A DNA stretch of 61,858 bases, the filler included, from Platydemus manokwari (lineage: Eukaryota): the NCBI GenBank assembly GCA_037951405.1. It is 5 parts of 5 records of this genome, joined end to end, with 100 filler letters (N's around TTAATTAATTAA, not from the genome) between each part and the next. Parts side by side here need not be neighbours in the genome. Positions count along the whole stretch, not along the records: positions 1 to 14,056 come from JBBMOY011544745.1; 4 more parts are not named here. The stretch is one strand, 5' to 3'. The notes below the pieces were generated by a model. That model was not told where the DNA came from. It worked only from the letters and a program-made list of their open reading frames with translations, and did no database searches. Positions 1 to 12,439 of the stretch are shown here, one piece after another; within the stretch, counting starts at the first letter, position 1, and every line of letters begins with the position of its first letter. A program made the translations under genes and the position numbers.

Positions 1-33
1 ATAACCAATGATATTATTAAACATATCTGTAAT

Positions 34-271
34 TAACTAACTCGATTTATAATTATAAAAATTTAAATTTAAAAACTTAAGTAATGATATAGAAGTGTTG
101 TGATTAGAACGGGAACTTGGTTTTAAAATTATGTGTCGTCACTATTAGACATCTTAAAAAATGAGATTTTAACTGAATTATATGAATAAATCAAATATAG
201 CAGTTATATATAAAATTAAGTTATAAAATTATCTGATGCGCGAAAATTCATTATAACGAAAGCAGATCAAA
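34..271 (+). repeat. Left copy of a ~238-bp inverted repeat pair (partner 5786-6023)
   Basis: The reverse complement of 34-271 aligns without apparent gaps to 5786-6023 (shared block TTTCGTTATAATGAATTTTCGCGCATCAGATAATTTTATAACTTAATTTTATATATAACTGC). Identity is roughly 85% by eye, and weaker similarity continues ~30 bp inward. Confidence 0.9.
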
Positions 272-2069
272 AAACCATCTTTCATAACTAAGCCCATTTG
301 TGAAATACACCAACTAGAGTATATGTGGCTTGCATTGAAAATTCCACTAAAATTCCAACTGAAAATAATTATTATTACCAGAAAAATATAAAAATTATTC
401 AATTTTTTGAAATAATTCCGATTACAGATCCACAAAAAAATTCTATAAATAAAAATTATATTTTTAATAAGTTGCTACTTTAGTTTAAATCGAAACAGAC
501 ACCTTATTGACATGACAATGTGAGAACCAAGTCGATTATAAATAACCTGACTTATATTAAAACTGCGATCACTTCTTCACAAAGACTCTTCGTCAAATGA
601 TAAATACAGTGATAATTTCAATGTTTACGAAACCGACCGACAAAGACAGCAACAAGTCGATATAATTCTCATCATTCGAATCCTAGTTCAATCAACAGTA
701 ATCATCAACATTTGTCTTAAGATAATTAAGTAAAAATATCTGGATTCTCCAAACATACATACAGATATGATTGAATTATTCGTTGTACTATAAAATCTCT
801 TTAAACTCGTCATATATTAAGCTAATTGTCTCGAGTATGACGTGAATGTGTCGGTTTCCGATATCAAAGAACTAAGAAACAAACAGAATAAATTGACAGT
901 TTTTTTTGTATAAAGCACTATAATTATCCTTACATATTATTGATTTTTTTGATAAGAAGGATTTGTGATGGATCTGTTATTTTGAATTCAAGTAAATTTG
1001 TTACTATTGTACGGATTTTTAAGTTAAATAATTATTAAATATGATTTTAAATAAAATTATATTGATATTAAAAAATATCGATGATCAATTGAAATGATTA
1101 ATTTGAGTATTTAGATTAAATAGAATTTTAAGGATTGAATTTAAAATTTTTTATAAAATATTTGTGTTTTTTGAAATAGCGGCAGTTAATAATTATTAGC
1201 TGGTACTATTTTATGAATACCAATCTGCCAACTGCAAACAGCCAAAAAAGTATATGTGATTAAAATATTCAAACAAATTTAATTATTCATTTAGATTGTT
1301 TTAATATAAATAAGTTTTCTATGTAAAATAATTAAATAAATAGATTTTGAAATCGACACAATGCCATTATTTTTAAGTCTTTGATTTTTGGAATATCTAT
1401 CTATTTATATTATTATTTTTTAACAAGTCTTTATTTTTCTATTTACTCTAACTACAGTTCTATACGTTTTCCTTATAATATCCGCTGTAAGTTTTCTGTA
1501 TATTTATTTATTTATTTATAAACCGTTATATATTCTCTATATCTTCTAAATATGCTCTGCTATATTTTTCTGAAAGTAATCTTCTAAAAATCTTATTCAA
1601 ATGCGGGTCTCCAAGTTAGAAGATATTATTTCATTAAATATGAATCGAAAACAACCTAAGAAATTCAACACACAAAGCATATTTAATCAAAAATATCGAA
1701 ACAAATGAAATCGATTGTTTATATATTTTAAAATCAATATAATTTTTATTTATAATGATCATTTACATATAAAATTAAATATTAAACACACAACAGTAAA
1801 ATCAAATGATGCAGAAATCTAATTTATGATCGATTAAAATACTTCTATAAGCCTATGTTATTGATAATCAATATGTCATAATAATCAATTAATTATAAAC
1901 ATATGTTAAAATTCTCAATCAATTATTAATCCAATATAAAAAAAAGATTTTTCATCAATTAAATTTCTTGAAACAATAAATTGGGGATTTTATTTTTGAA
2001 ATTTGAACTCGCGTCTGCAATTCTGCATCTTTAAAAGAGTAAAAAAAATGCCAAATCCAAAAATCGTAT

Positions 2070-3600
2070 GGTGAAAATATTTCATAGAAATTATCGATTT
2101 TATTACTAAATATTTTTCCAACAATTCATTGAATTCAGATTATTTACTTTTACTACAAAAATTTCTCCACCCCCCTCCACCAATCCGCTTTGTCGATTTT
2201 TCTGTTTGATTGATTTCGTGATTCCAAAAAATCACAATCCGTTTCCTTTATGGCAAAACATAAAATAAAAACTAGATTTTCCCAATTAGCAAAACAATAT
2301 TGAAACATGGAGATTGTTTGGGGAAATTTGTTCCCAAACATCCATGACTGGATCAGATTAGATTGAATTCATATTAATTATCTGTTTTTGCCCGCTAGAT
2401 TTCAATCTGGATTTGTTTCCGGAATGGGAGAAAATTCTTTCAAGTCGATTTGTCATTTTTGCCAAACCGACCTAATTAATCATCACAAAATATAATGATA
2501 ACACCACGAAAAATACTCTGCTGAACTCTATGGCGAAAATCGATCTTTGAAAACATTGAGTATCGATTGAATCAAAAGAGATTTCATACAATGTCGAAGT
2601 TTCTTTATGGTTTATTTTGAAGATTTAAATTTAAATTCATTTTTTGACCCATCTGTTACGCTCGCAAGGATATCAATTTGAACATTGAGTTTTCTTCATT
2701 CAGATCGGTACCGATAACTCGTTGTTTATTGAAATTTTAGGGATATCAATATTTATTTATCGATTCAAAATTTCCCAAGTTTTCTATTAAATTACACCAA
2801 GTAATTTTCTAATGTATTGATGACTGGTTTGAGGATTGCTTTCTTGTTGACCTACCTCAATTGGCCTGCAGTCACTGTGAAGATTTAGAAATTTAAATTT
2901 AAAAGCTATTAATTTATTTAAAATATTGTTCTTAAATAGATAATCTGGTATCGTGATTTTTCAGTTAGTTTTCAATGCATGTTTTATAAATTAGTGGCCT
3001 CTTACACTCAGAATAAAAAGATCATTCTAATCTAATACTAAATTATCTCTTCTTCATTAAAAGATAGTCAATTTCACTTATTCTAAGTCTAAAAAATATA
3101 TTACAAAATCATTGACTAGAAATTTTTCTGTAAAATTTGAAAATGAAATTTTAAGCTTTTTAATGTGCATTGGAATCTGGAATAAACAAAGACCTATAAT
3201 TCTGGACCTCTGACATATAGAAGAACAAGTACCCATCACAGACAGCTGATTGTGGAAAGGAATTTTATTCAACAAGTAAGTTTGGATAATTTTCTTTTCT
3301 TTGCTTGTGTCAGAATTAGAACTGCCTGGATAATAGTAGATGTTATTTTGCTATTATATATACATCATTTTATTTTCAAATAAACTACCTCTCACCATCA
3401 ATTCCTCTACTTATCCATCATTATATATACATATTAATTTCAAACTGACTATCAATGAACCTACCATAAAATTACTTAACCTGATGTGGACAAATTTTGT
3501 TTCAAAATCTAAAAATGTTCTTTTATAGATTTTCGAGATCTTCTTCGTCGTGATACTTGCTAGAGTTTTTTTTCTGTAAATCCTCCTCTTTCACTTAATA
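2070..3600 (+). pseudogene. Decayed ATM-like (PIKK) gene fragment, pre-FAT/FAT region
   Basis: Collinear peptide patches in shifting frames match human ATM as recalled: IIDFITKYFSNNSLNSDYLLLLQKFLHPPP (~[29 protein letters not shown]), NPFPLWQNI (~GPFSLLEEI), FSQLAK and GDCLGKFVP (~LLQLSK, GSCLGEVGP), DDWFEDCFLVDL (~FNDAFWLDLNYL), RTAW (~QAAW), STYPSL (~SLYPTL). There are many stops and indels. A GTAAGT...CAG intron is retained at 3276-3313. Boundaries are approximate. Confidence 0.45.
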
Positions 3601-3814
3601 GATCTCTCTTTTACAGAGTTAATCAAGTGACTTATCATTTTACTTGCAAAGATAACAAAAGATAACGAGTAATAGATTTGTAATTTTAACATGAAATTCT
3701 AATTGAACAAACAATACCGATAAATTCAGATGGGAACCATATAAAACCAATGATAAAATACATCGATTGGAAATAAATACAACAAAAGATCCAGTACAGA
3801 ATGAGATAAAAATT

Positions 3815-5206
3815 TCAAAACAACTTTCTACATAAAAATCGTCTGTAAGCTAATCTGAAATCTTTCGAAAACAGAGCATAAATCCAAGGATTCAATAAAG
3901 AATTGCAATAACCCAGCCAGAACACAAAATCGAACCAAATATTGGAAATGTTTTTGTAGAAGGCTCCAGCAACGTAAACAATGAAAAATGGAAGCCAACA
4001 TAAAATAAAAGCTCCACAAATTATTCCCAACATCCGGGCAGCTTTGGCTTCTCTCTGCATTCGACTTAGAGGGACCTGTAAAATTTTCATTTCGCTCGTT
4101 TGCGTTAATCGTCTTCGATCTTTCGATAAATGCAGACTATCCGTTTCGATATTGGACTTTGAATATTCGAAATCTGAATCGACTCTGCTCTCAAGTTGCT
4201 CGAAAGTAATACTGTCCTTCGATAGACAATCGTTCTCGGTAGACTTTTGACTGGCAGATTTATTAACGAAATATTTTGGTGTTGAGAATGCACTAGAGTT
4301 GCTTTGACAGAATTTACAATGGCAATTACGAGCGTTGTGTGCTGGAGTTGAATGGATTAGCTTTCCTCTTTCATCTGAACTGTCGTTGTAGTGGGATTTA
4401 TCACTACTTCCACTACGGATACCACCACAATGGACACGCATTATAATTGTTTTCCCATCTCTATTTTTTAAACGACCTTTCGCTATGCCGATAATTGTTT
4501 TGTGTACCGTAGCGAAGATGCTGGCGTAAAAATAAACCATTACGATCAGAGGAATGTAGTAAGAACCGAATGCAGAATATATGACATATCCGGGTGAAGA
4601 ATCTGTTATACTACACGACAATCGAGCAGAATCATTGATTGTCGATATATTTTTTAACGGATTCGACTCAATAAATTTAAAATCAATAATGGGATCATGA
4701 TTCACTAATGTTAAAATCGTTGGGAACGATATGATGAATGCAAATATCCAAACGGAAGTTAACAAAATCTGACAATTTTTATTCGTCATCCAAGAAAGAT
4801 ATCGAATTGGATTTCGTATTGCAACGTAACGATCGAAGGAAATGACCGTCAGATTCAATATACTAGCTGTACAAAGCAAAACATCACAAGCCAGCCAAAT
4901 TTTACAGAAGACATTTCCGAAAAACCAGTGTCGATTAAGAACTTGATTACTAATCGATAAAGGTAGAACAATTATCCCTAATAGCAAATCACTAACGGCG
5001 AGATTTATGATGAAAATGTTGGTTTTATATCTTCTTAATTTAATCGATGTTGAAGCCGCTATGATGACAAGAATGTTGCCAACAAGAATCGACAAATCGA
5101 TCATCAACAATATCAATAAAATCATCACCGAATCTACCGATGGGAAATGGACATTTCTTCCTGACATGGGTTTCGATGATTTGTAAAAGTAATTTTCATC
5201 ATCCAT
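3815..5206 (-). CDS. Class A biogenic-amine GPCR, alpha-adrenergic-like octopamine receptor (OAMB/OctalphaR-like), intronless, 463 aa
   Basis: Seven hydrophobic helices and the expected motifs: GN (TM1), NLAVSD (TM2), CDVLLCTASILNL with the amine-binding Asp3.32, DRY, GYVIYSAFGSYYIP (TM5), MRVHCG (~LRIHRG of OAMB/Dop1R2), CWLPFF and FWLGYCNS..NPWIYALFSKDFR. The ALFSKDFR tail is typical of OAMB-type receptors. Confidence 0.92.
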   Translation of the reverse strand: MDDENYFYKSSKPMSGRNVHFPSVDSVMILLILLMIDLSILVGNILVIIAASTSIKLRRYKTNIFIINLAVSDLLLGIIVLPLSISNQVLNRHWFFGNVFCKIWLACDVLLCTASILNLTVISFDRYVAIRNPIRYLSWMTNKNCQILLTSVWIFAFIISFPTILTLVNHDPIIDFKFIESNPLKNISTINDSARLSCSITDSSPGYVIYSAFGSYYIPLIVMVYFYASIFATVHKTIIGIAKGRLKNRDGKTIIMRVHCGGIRSGSSDKSHYNDSSDERGKLIHSTPAHNARNCHCKFCQSNSSAFSTPKYFVNKSASQKSTENDCLSKDSITFEQLESRVDSDFEYSKSNIETDSLHLSKDRRRLTQTSEMKILQVPLSRMQREAKAARMLGIICGAFILCWLPFFIVYVAGAFYKNISNIWFDFVFWLGYCNSLLNPWIYALFSKDFRLAYRRFLCRKLF

Positions 5207-5785
5207 AATTGGAGAATTTCTCTTTCAATCCAATCGACTCGATAAAGGAAAAAGAGGAAAAAACATTTCATCTCTAAAGCATGACGAATAAAAAATCATT
5301 CTTTGATAATAAAAATTAATTGCAATTCGATTGGTTGCATTTTCATGAGTTGCATTATTTTTTTTAATGATATAATAATATTACCGATTCTGTTTTCTGA
5401 AACAACGTAAATGCAAACAATCCTGATTTAAATAAAACCCGTTCAGAAAACCGAAAGGGAAATGAATCGGCTAACTAGCGAAGAAGTTAAAGTCAAATCA
5501 AGTAGAAGTTATTGTTTTCGCGAGAAACAATTGTATTTGATTTTGGAATTTTTCCCTGTGCTAATATTTTATGCAATATTAAAAAAAAATTTTTTTTAAA
5601 CATTATTTTGTACGAAAATTTTTATAAGAAATGTAGTAACTGTATAACGCGCCAATAAATTGATGATGGAGTCTTATAATGTGGGTTGGAAAATTAAAAT
5701 GGAACAAACTTAAATGATTTTCAATTTGAATTAATTAAAAATGTTTTGATTTCAAATATTTGACTTAAGTTAAGAAAAAGGGTAC

Positions 5786-6023
5786 TTTGATCTACTTTCG
5801 TTATAATGAATTTTCGCGCATCAGATAATTTTATAACTTAATTTTATATATAACTGCCGTGTTTGATTTATTCGTATAACTTATTTAATATCTCATTTTT
5901 TAAGATGTCTAATAGTGACAAAACAGTTTTATAAACAAAGTTTCCATTTCAAATCACAACACTTCTATATGATTATTTGAGTTATTAAATTTAAATTTTT
6001 ATAATTATAAATCGAGTTAGTTA
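5786..6023 (-). repeat. Right copy of the ~238-bp inverted repeat pair (partner 34-271)
   Basis: Direct comparison with the reverse complement of 34-271. Confidence 0.9.
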
Positions 6024-6260
6024 GAATATATCTCAATTTGCTTCTAATGCTTAAAAAAGGGTCCTTGCTAATTTTCAATAAATTGCAATTCGACTTACTG
6101 TTTTCATTTTTTCAAATAATCAAATTTTAGGAGATTTTTATGCTCTAGTGTATTTAATATTTGATTTCAAACAACTAAAATTCTTCAGAAGTACTCAAAT
6201 AAAAAAATAAAAATGTTTTTAAAGAATATAATTAAATAAACTATATAGATTTTTGCAATA

Positions 6261-7975
6261 CACTCAACAAATTTAAAATTTAATTTTAGAACCCTTTTTC
6301 TTAACTTAATCCATGTTTTGTTATGGTCGATCTTATTTCAATTTTGAATTCTTATTTATTTATCTCATTTTTTAAAAAAAACTGTCATTTTGTTTAAAAT
6401 AAAAAAATGTTTTAAAATTTTACATCTAAATTAAATCGATATTTCGACCAATATCTTTATATTTGTTTGCATGGTCTACCGACTTCACATTGGATGATCA
6501 ATTGGAACCCAGTACATGGGTTTTGAAGTTCTCTTGATTTGCTCATAGATCATGTTATTAACTGATATTTGCATATGAGAAATATTTCTGGAGTAAACAC
6601 GAAATTCAGAAAATCTGTTCCAGGTTTGAGGCCACCAACACATAGTGAAGAGCTACTAATTTTCCATTAAACATCGATAATAATAACAATGAAGATTAAT
6701 ACTACCTTGGTGATTTTTCTTATGATATAAATTTCAATACAATGCGTTCATTCTTAGAATCACATTCACTATCACAGAGTGATCTCACTGATCTAGAACG
6801 AGATATAAAACTTTTTGAACAACAGTTGAACCATAGTTGTGGTATGCTAGATTGAAATGATCTTTTGAAAAGAAACAAACAAATTTTTTTAAAGAATACT
6901 CTCCATTTGAATGTCTTGTTTTCTGTAATGAAGTCGAGTTTGTCATAAAATTTCTTAATCATGGATATCAAGTTGAAAGATGACGATTATTTATGGATTC
7001 CTCCAAAAAGTAGTTCAATATCTGATATTTTTCATTTTGATGACGTGTTTCCATCTTAAGCTCGCACTTTAAATATTAAGGAAACATATAATAATATGAA
7101 ACCTATCTTCGGTAAATTAAGTGGAAAGTTCATAAATAGAACATGTGTTTATGATTTGAAAGTCATTACTCGGTCTGTAATTAGGTTTTACAAAAATTCT
7201 CTTATTTACTTTGATAAAAAAAACTGTAGACATAAAGAAAAATTACTTCCTTAAAAAAGATTCTTTATACCCTCAACATAAAAATGCAATTCTTATTCAA
7301 TTGTTAGAACCAAAAAATTATATTATTTATTACGGCTTCATATTAAATTAAGACTATCGAAGGATTTTGTTAAAGGAAATATCAAAGTAGATTTGACTTT
7401 CAATTCCTATTTAAGAGTTTTAACGAAAATAATTGAGAAAACATTAAAAAATGACTTTATGTGGGACCTAAATTTAGGGAATTGTATTCAAACATTCAGC
7501 AATTCTGATAAAGTAGAATGGCAGATCTTCTGAAGAACCTCTTGGGTAACAGGAAAGGAAAACAATGAAATGCAATATGTTGCTAAAAATTTAATTTTTC
7601 CTTTAATAACTTGATTTCTTGTTTTAATTTTTGGAGCTACGAAGGATAAGCATTTGTGAACGGGCCTACCAGGTTATTTTTGCAGTAATTAAGCATTACT
7701 AGGGTAACCTGAGTTGAATTATTCTAACTGGAAGTAGTTGGACTCTAGAAGAAAAATTATTGATGAAAAATATTACAGAAAATCTATTATTTCTCTTTTT
7801 TAGGTAAGATTTCTTACATTTTATATAAATGCATATGCACATACGTTGTTAAAACTTCAACCGGCTGTTCTAGAAAAAACTACGCGATAAAAAAATTTAA
7901 AACCAAATCTGAGCTCAGATCATAAAATACAAAAGAAACATCCACCTCCATTTAAGTGACAAAATTTTGTTAACA
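6261..7975 (+). mobile_element. Degenerate CMC/Chapaev3-like DNA transposon (transposase relic)
   Basis: Transposase motifs occur in the expected order but with stops and frameshifts: LRPPTHSEEL, QSDLTDLERDIKL, *RLFMDSSK (6981; ~WRLFIDSSK), KETYNNMK, DLKVI, LRLHIKLRLSKDFVK (7330; ~PPLHIKLGLMKNFVK), YVGPKFREL (7458; ~FVGPQIREL), NLLGNRK, SWTL. A CAC..AACAAATTT start at 6261 and AAATTTTGTT near 7961-7971 resemble degraded termini. Confidence 0.7.
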
Positions 7976-10900
7976 AAAACAAAGATATTAAATATCGATT
8001 GGCAATTATTAATTTTATATTTTAATCGATATTAGATATTATTCATAAATGCTATCTGAAATTACTGAAATGATGACAAAATCAAAGTATTCCAGACTAA
8101 TACAATTCGAATAAATTTTAGTGAGATATTCTTTCAATAATTGGATTACTAAACACTCGTAGAAACGAGTTAGGAATAAGTGCTTTATTGTCATTGATCC
8201 AATACAAATCTCAGAGATTTCTGGGATAATAAATACAAAGCAGATTGATATATCTAGCTTCACGTCGACTGCAATGTTGAAACCCATTTTTATGAAATCA
8301 ATTTGGTATTGATGCTCAAATTGTTATGGTTATTAATGATTCATGAAAAAGTCAGTTCCTTTTAGACTTTTAAAGTTCACAGACAGTTTCATTAGGTGTT
8401 CTTTTAAACGAGAAAGTTATCAAGGACAGATTTTTTCCCAGTAGATTGTTAATGGTTTTTGCATTTAATATTTATATTGAGCATATTATTAACATTTGTA
8501 TTGAATTGGAATTTCTTTCCCCTTTTTGAATTAAACTAAAATTAATAATATTGAAATGATTTTATAAATTACATTTTAGGTTGAACAGATAAATTTGTAT
8601 TCAATACTCAATTCTACTGAAATGGACTCAAATTGCAATTACCACTAACAAGCGCACGTGTTCTGTAAAAGATTTGATAAATTTATATATAAAGTTTTAT
8701 AATTTATAATTTATGCTCAAAAAACACCAGTGTGCAATTTATATGAAATTGATGATCTATAATTGATATTAAAATAAATGAGAAGGTTTTTAAAATCTTT
8801 AGGTTATCTGGACTGGTGCTAAATAATCTACGATGATATACATAAAATATAAATGCTTATCATATTACAAGCAATGGCAATAGTTACAAAACAGTAAAAT
8901 GTATTTGATTAATTTAAATATGAATATAAACACTTAGCCGATAGATAATAAGACTCAAATGTGAACCTTAAGTAACTTCTAGAGAACAATAAATGGTATG
9001 CTGTCTAGGTGGCCAGCGAAGCTCCTATTAAAAAAAAATGAAGATTGGAAATCAAAAACTAGTTCTTATTGAATTTTAAAAGACTACAATGTAAGAAACG
9101 TAAGATTTCGCAGTTAATTTTAATGAAATTAGGGAATTGGCAAATTTTCAGAATAATTAAAAAAATAAATATTGAAACGGATACAGAATAAAAATGTTCA
9201 GAAATAATAAAAAATCTTTTTAGAAACAATCTTCGTAAATTTCAATAAAGATTTTCTGGACAATTTGAATCGAGGAATGACTGACTTCACTTGTTTATAT
9301 GTCGTTATCTGTGCTTTGCCATACCATTTTGTGTGCATTATCACATTTGTTCTTATTTTTTACATTCGCACGTTAGTTCTAAATTTACTATCAATCTATA
9401 ATTTTCGTTGACAAACATCACTAAATTTTTGCTGTCTATTTTCAGCACTAACAGCTGCTAAAATTAGATAACAGTTAGATATTTTCATGACCTTTGTAGT
9501 CGATAAAACAATTTCTTTTTTGATATATATAAACAAGTTGCTTGTTTTTATTTTTGAAAAATTTTAAAATGCCTTTTTCTTCGACTAATATTTTCGTTTT
9601 TATTGAGAAATTATTTATTTTATTTTTGGAAATTTTTTAGTGCGTATTTTTCTAAAAAATTTTAATAATTAATTTTATTATTTTTGTGCTAATTTACTGT
9701 CAAACGATTTTCCACAATTCTTTTATCTATTTCAACATCGCTGAAATGTTATCCTGTTTTATAAAGTTGATCTATAATCACAATACCGTTCCATTAATAT
9801 TAATATAAATGATCATAAAATAAGGCCATTCAATTTCATTTTCAGGCACTTTTAAATAAAACAAAATAATATTTATAAAGTATCAATTTTGTGATACAAA
9901 AATCTCAACATTCTACCAAGTTACTATTTCAATAATAATTGCCCGAAGTTTACTGTTTTACACCCGATAGATCAATAAACCAATCATTGTTATATTTTAG
10001 AGATATTTTCATAATGCATTACAATAATGAGCCATACAATATTATTAACTGATCTAGACATGATCACTCTTGTAAATTAGAATGAGGCGCTTATGTTTAA
10101 AATTCGTGTGATTTTATAACTTAATCAATTCGTAAAAATGTCATCAAAGATTGATCAGGTTTTGTTCAATCACTCCATTTAAACAAAAACAATTCCAAAT
10201 TTAATTTTTTTAATTTTATTCAACAATTAAATTTTAAGAAAAATCGATGATTTTGTGATAATATATTTCAATAAAAAATTAATATTTATTTAAAATGTTT
10301 TTATAATGTATTGAATATTCACACCATATGATCACTATAATTTGAAAGACAAAATTTCCATTTGGTCCACACAATTTTAATGATTTCATCCTACAAAAAC
10401 CAACGGAAAAAACCTGGAATACGTTTATTGAATTTGTATAAATAATTGGTTTCGTTATAATGACTTTGATCATCATCATAATTGTTGTCAACTTCAATTA
10501 ACCAGCAAAATAGATTTCCAAACTATTTTGAAATACAATGTTCCCAATGATGATGAATTGCGAGTAGCAATAAACGATTTTAACCGTTGTATGAATCAAT
10601 ATTTGTTTTATTTAATACATTAATATGACAGAAATCAATAGATTTCATATTAAGATGGTCAATTCTGTGATTGAGATAATTATTTTGGAATTTTTCCATA
10701 TTCAGTGGAATAAAATAGAATAAAAAAATATTTTATACATTAATTTTTATTTTTTTTGTTTTAATTATGTAAGTGACATTCAAATATTTCGATTTATATG
10801 TTTATTATAGTGGATATCAGAGCCATTCTATTATTTATAATTTGTGAAATATAGTGAAATATAACAAAATATAACGAAGTAATTAAAATCGTTATCTGTA

Positions 10901-11116
10901 ATAAACAAAACCAATGATATATAAGTGATACTGAAGATTTTATGGCTAAATAACTCTCGTGGTATTATTTTGTTAATAAGATAATAATTTGGCAATTTTT
11001 TTATTCAAGCACCTCATCTCATCTTGATTAAAACAACAGAAATTTGATAAAAATATTTTCGTTAATAAATATTTTAGAAAAATGTCTTAAAAAATGAAAA
11101 TTATGCTCAGTTTAGT

Positions 11117-11120
<4 letters not shown>

Positions 11121-11146
<26 letters not shown>
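11121..11146. repeat. (AT)n microsatellite
   Basis: 13 AT units. Confidence 0.95.
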
Positions 11147-11147
<1 letters not shown>

Positions 11148-11439
11148 ATGTTTTTACATATTTAATTTTTGAGATTCGACGAAGCGCTTAAACTGTTTGC
11201 AGAGAAGCCTCACAATCCATGATTGCATGCCATTCTAAATAACTATAAAATTGATTGTATTCAATTGTTATACTAGAGAGTAATGATATCTGTAATATCA
11301 AAATATTATATTATAAATAATGATATCATTATAATAATTTTAAATACGAAAATAAAATAAAAATAATAATATTAATAACATCATAGATTGATATTGATAA
11401 TGTTTTTATTTGTACTTTTATTTTTATTTTATTTTTTTT

Positions 11440-11490
11440 ATTATTATTATTAATATCATTATTAATGCTATTATTATTATTATTATCATG

Positions 11491-11557
<67 letters not shown>
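11440..11557. repeat. (ATT)n microsatellite
   Basis: Near-pure ATT run from 11491; it explains the poly-I and poly-N ORFs in the track. Confidence 0.95.
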
Positions 11558-11558
<1 letters not shown>

Positions 11559-12439
11559 AAATCATCAAATCGTAAATATATTGTCAAAGTAAATCACTGA
11601 TGTAAATACTTTGAAGGAAATATTTATTAACAAACTGCATTTTGTTTCGAATCAATCGATATTTCGTAGTTTATTAGAATCTGAATTCATTATTAAATCT
11701 TATAGTCACCAATTATTGAAAATCCTAAATTCGTTGCTATTATTTATCACGTGCATTTAGTTATCATATCGTTACATGACATTGATTTATTTTCATATAT
11801 TAATGATAATAACAATTTCAATTTCAAAATCAATCTCGTCATCTGCATCTATTTCTGTTGGCCAATCATTGAAAGCTATTGGAAAAGGCACGACAGAAAA
11901 TCATGTATTGAACAATAATTATTTCAACATATTAGTATCTTTTGATTTTAATTTTTGGAATCTTTTAAATTTAAATTTCAAAATCCTCTGCTCGGTTTTT
12001 CTTTAAAATGTTTGATTTGCTATGATTTCCTAATGATCTCTGTGTCAAATTCTCTAAATATTTATTAAAATGAAAATTTCTAAAATTCTCTCTTCACATT
12101 TTATCTTCTTTTTATATCTTCAATCCATCTTTCTACACTTTCTCTCTAACTTCTATTTTTTTTCTTACCTCTTTTCGAGTTCTTCTTCCTTCTCAGCTAT
12201 ACCTTCATTTTTCATATACATTATCAGGATCGAATTCAAATGCGTGGTCACCATGGGAACAAGTACACGAAATTATATACGAATATAAATTTTCATTAAA
12301 ATTAGAATTTTTTGACAAAAAATTATAAAATCTTTTCAAATTCTCTTGAATGTCAAATTTAAAAAAAAATTAAGCATTACAAGGGTTTTCTATCAATGCT
12401 TTATGTTTTCATTATTTTAAAAAATAATTGTTCCATCAT

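Noticed and set aside
480-900. Coding-like degenerate patch inside the inverted repeats
   Set aside because: No family could be assigned; it is not clearly part of the ATM relic.
8990-9270. Possible Tc1/mariner N-terminal relic (and a hAT-like patch at 8040-8520)
   Set aside because: Similarity is too weak; no catalytic motifs or TIRs were identified.
11329-11592. Poly-Asn and poly-Ile ORFs
   Set aside because: They are translations of an ATT microsatellite.
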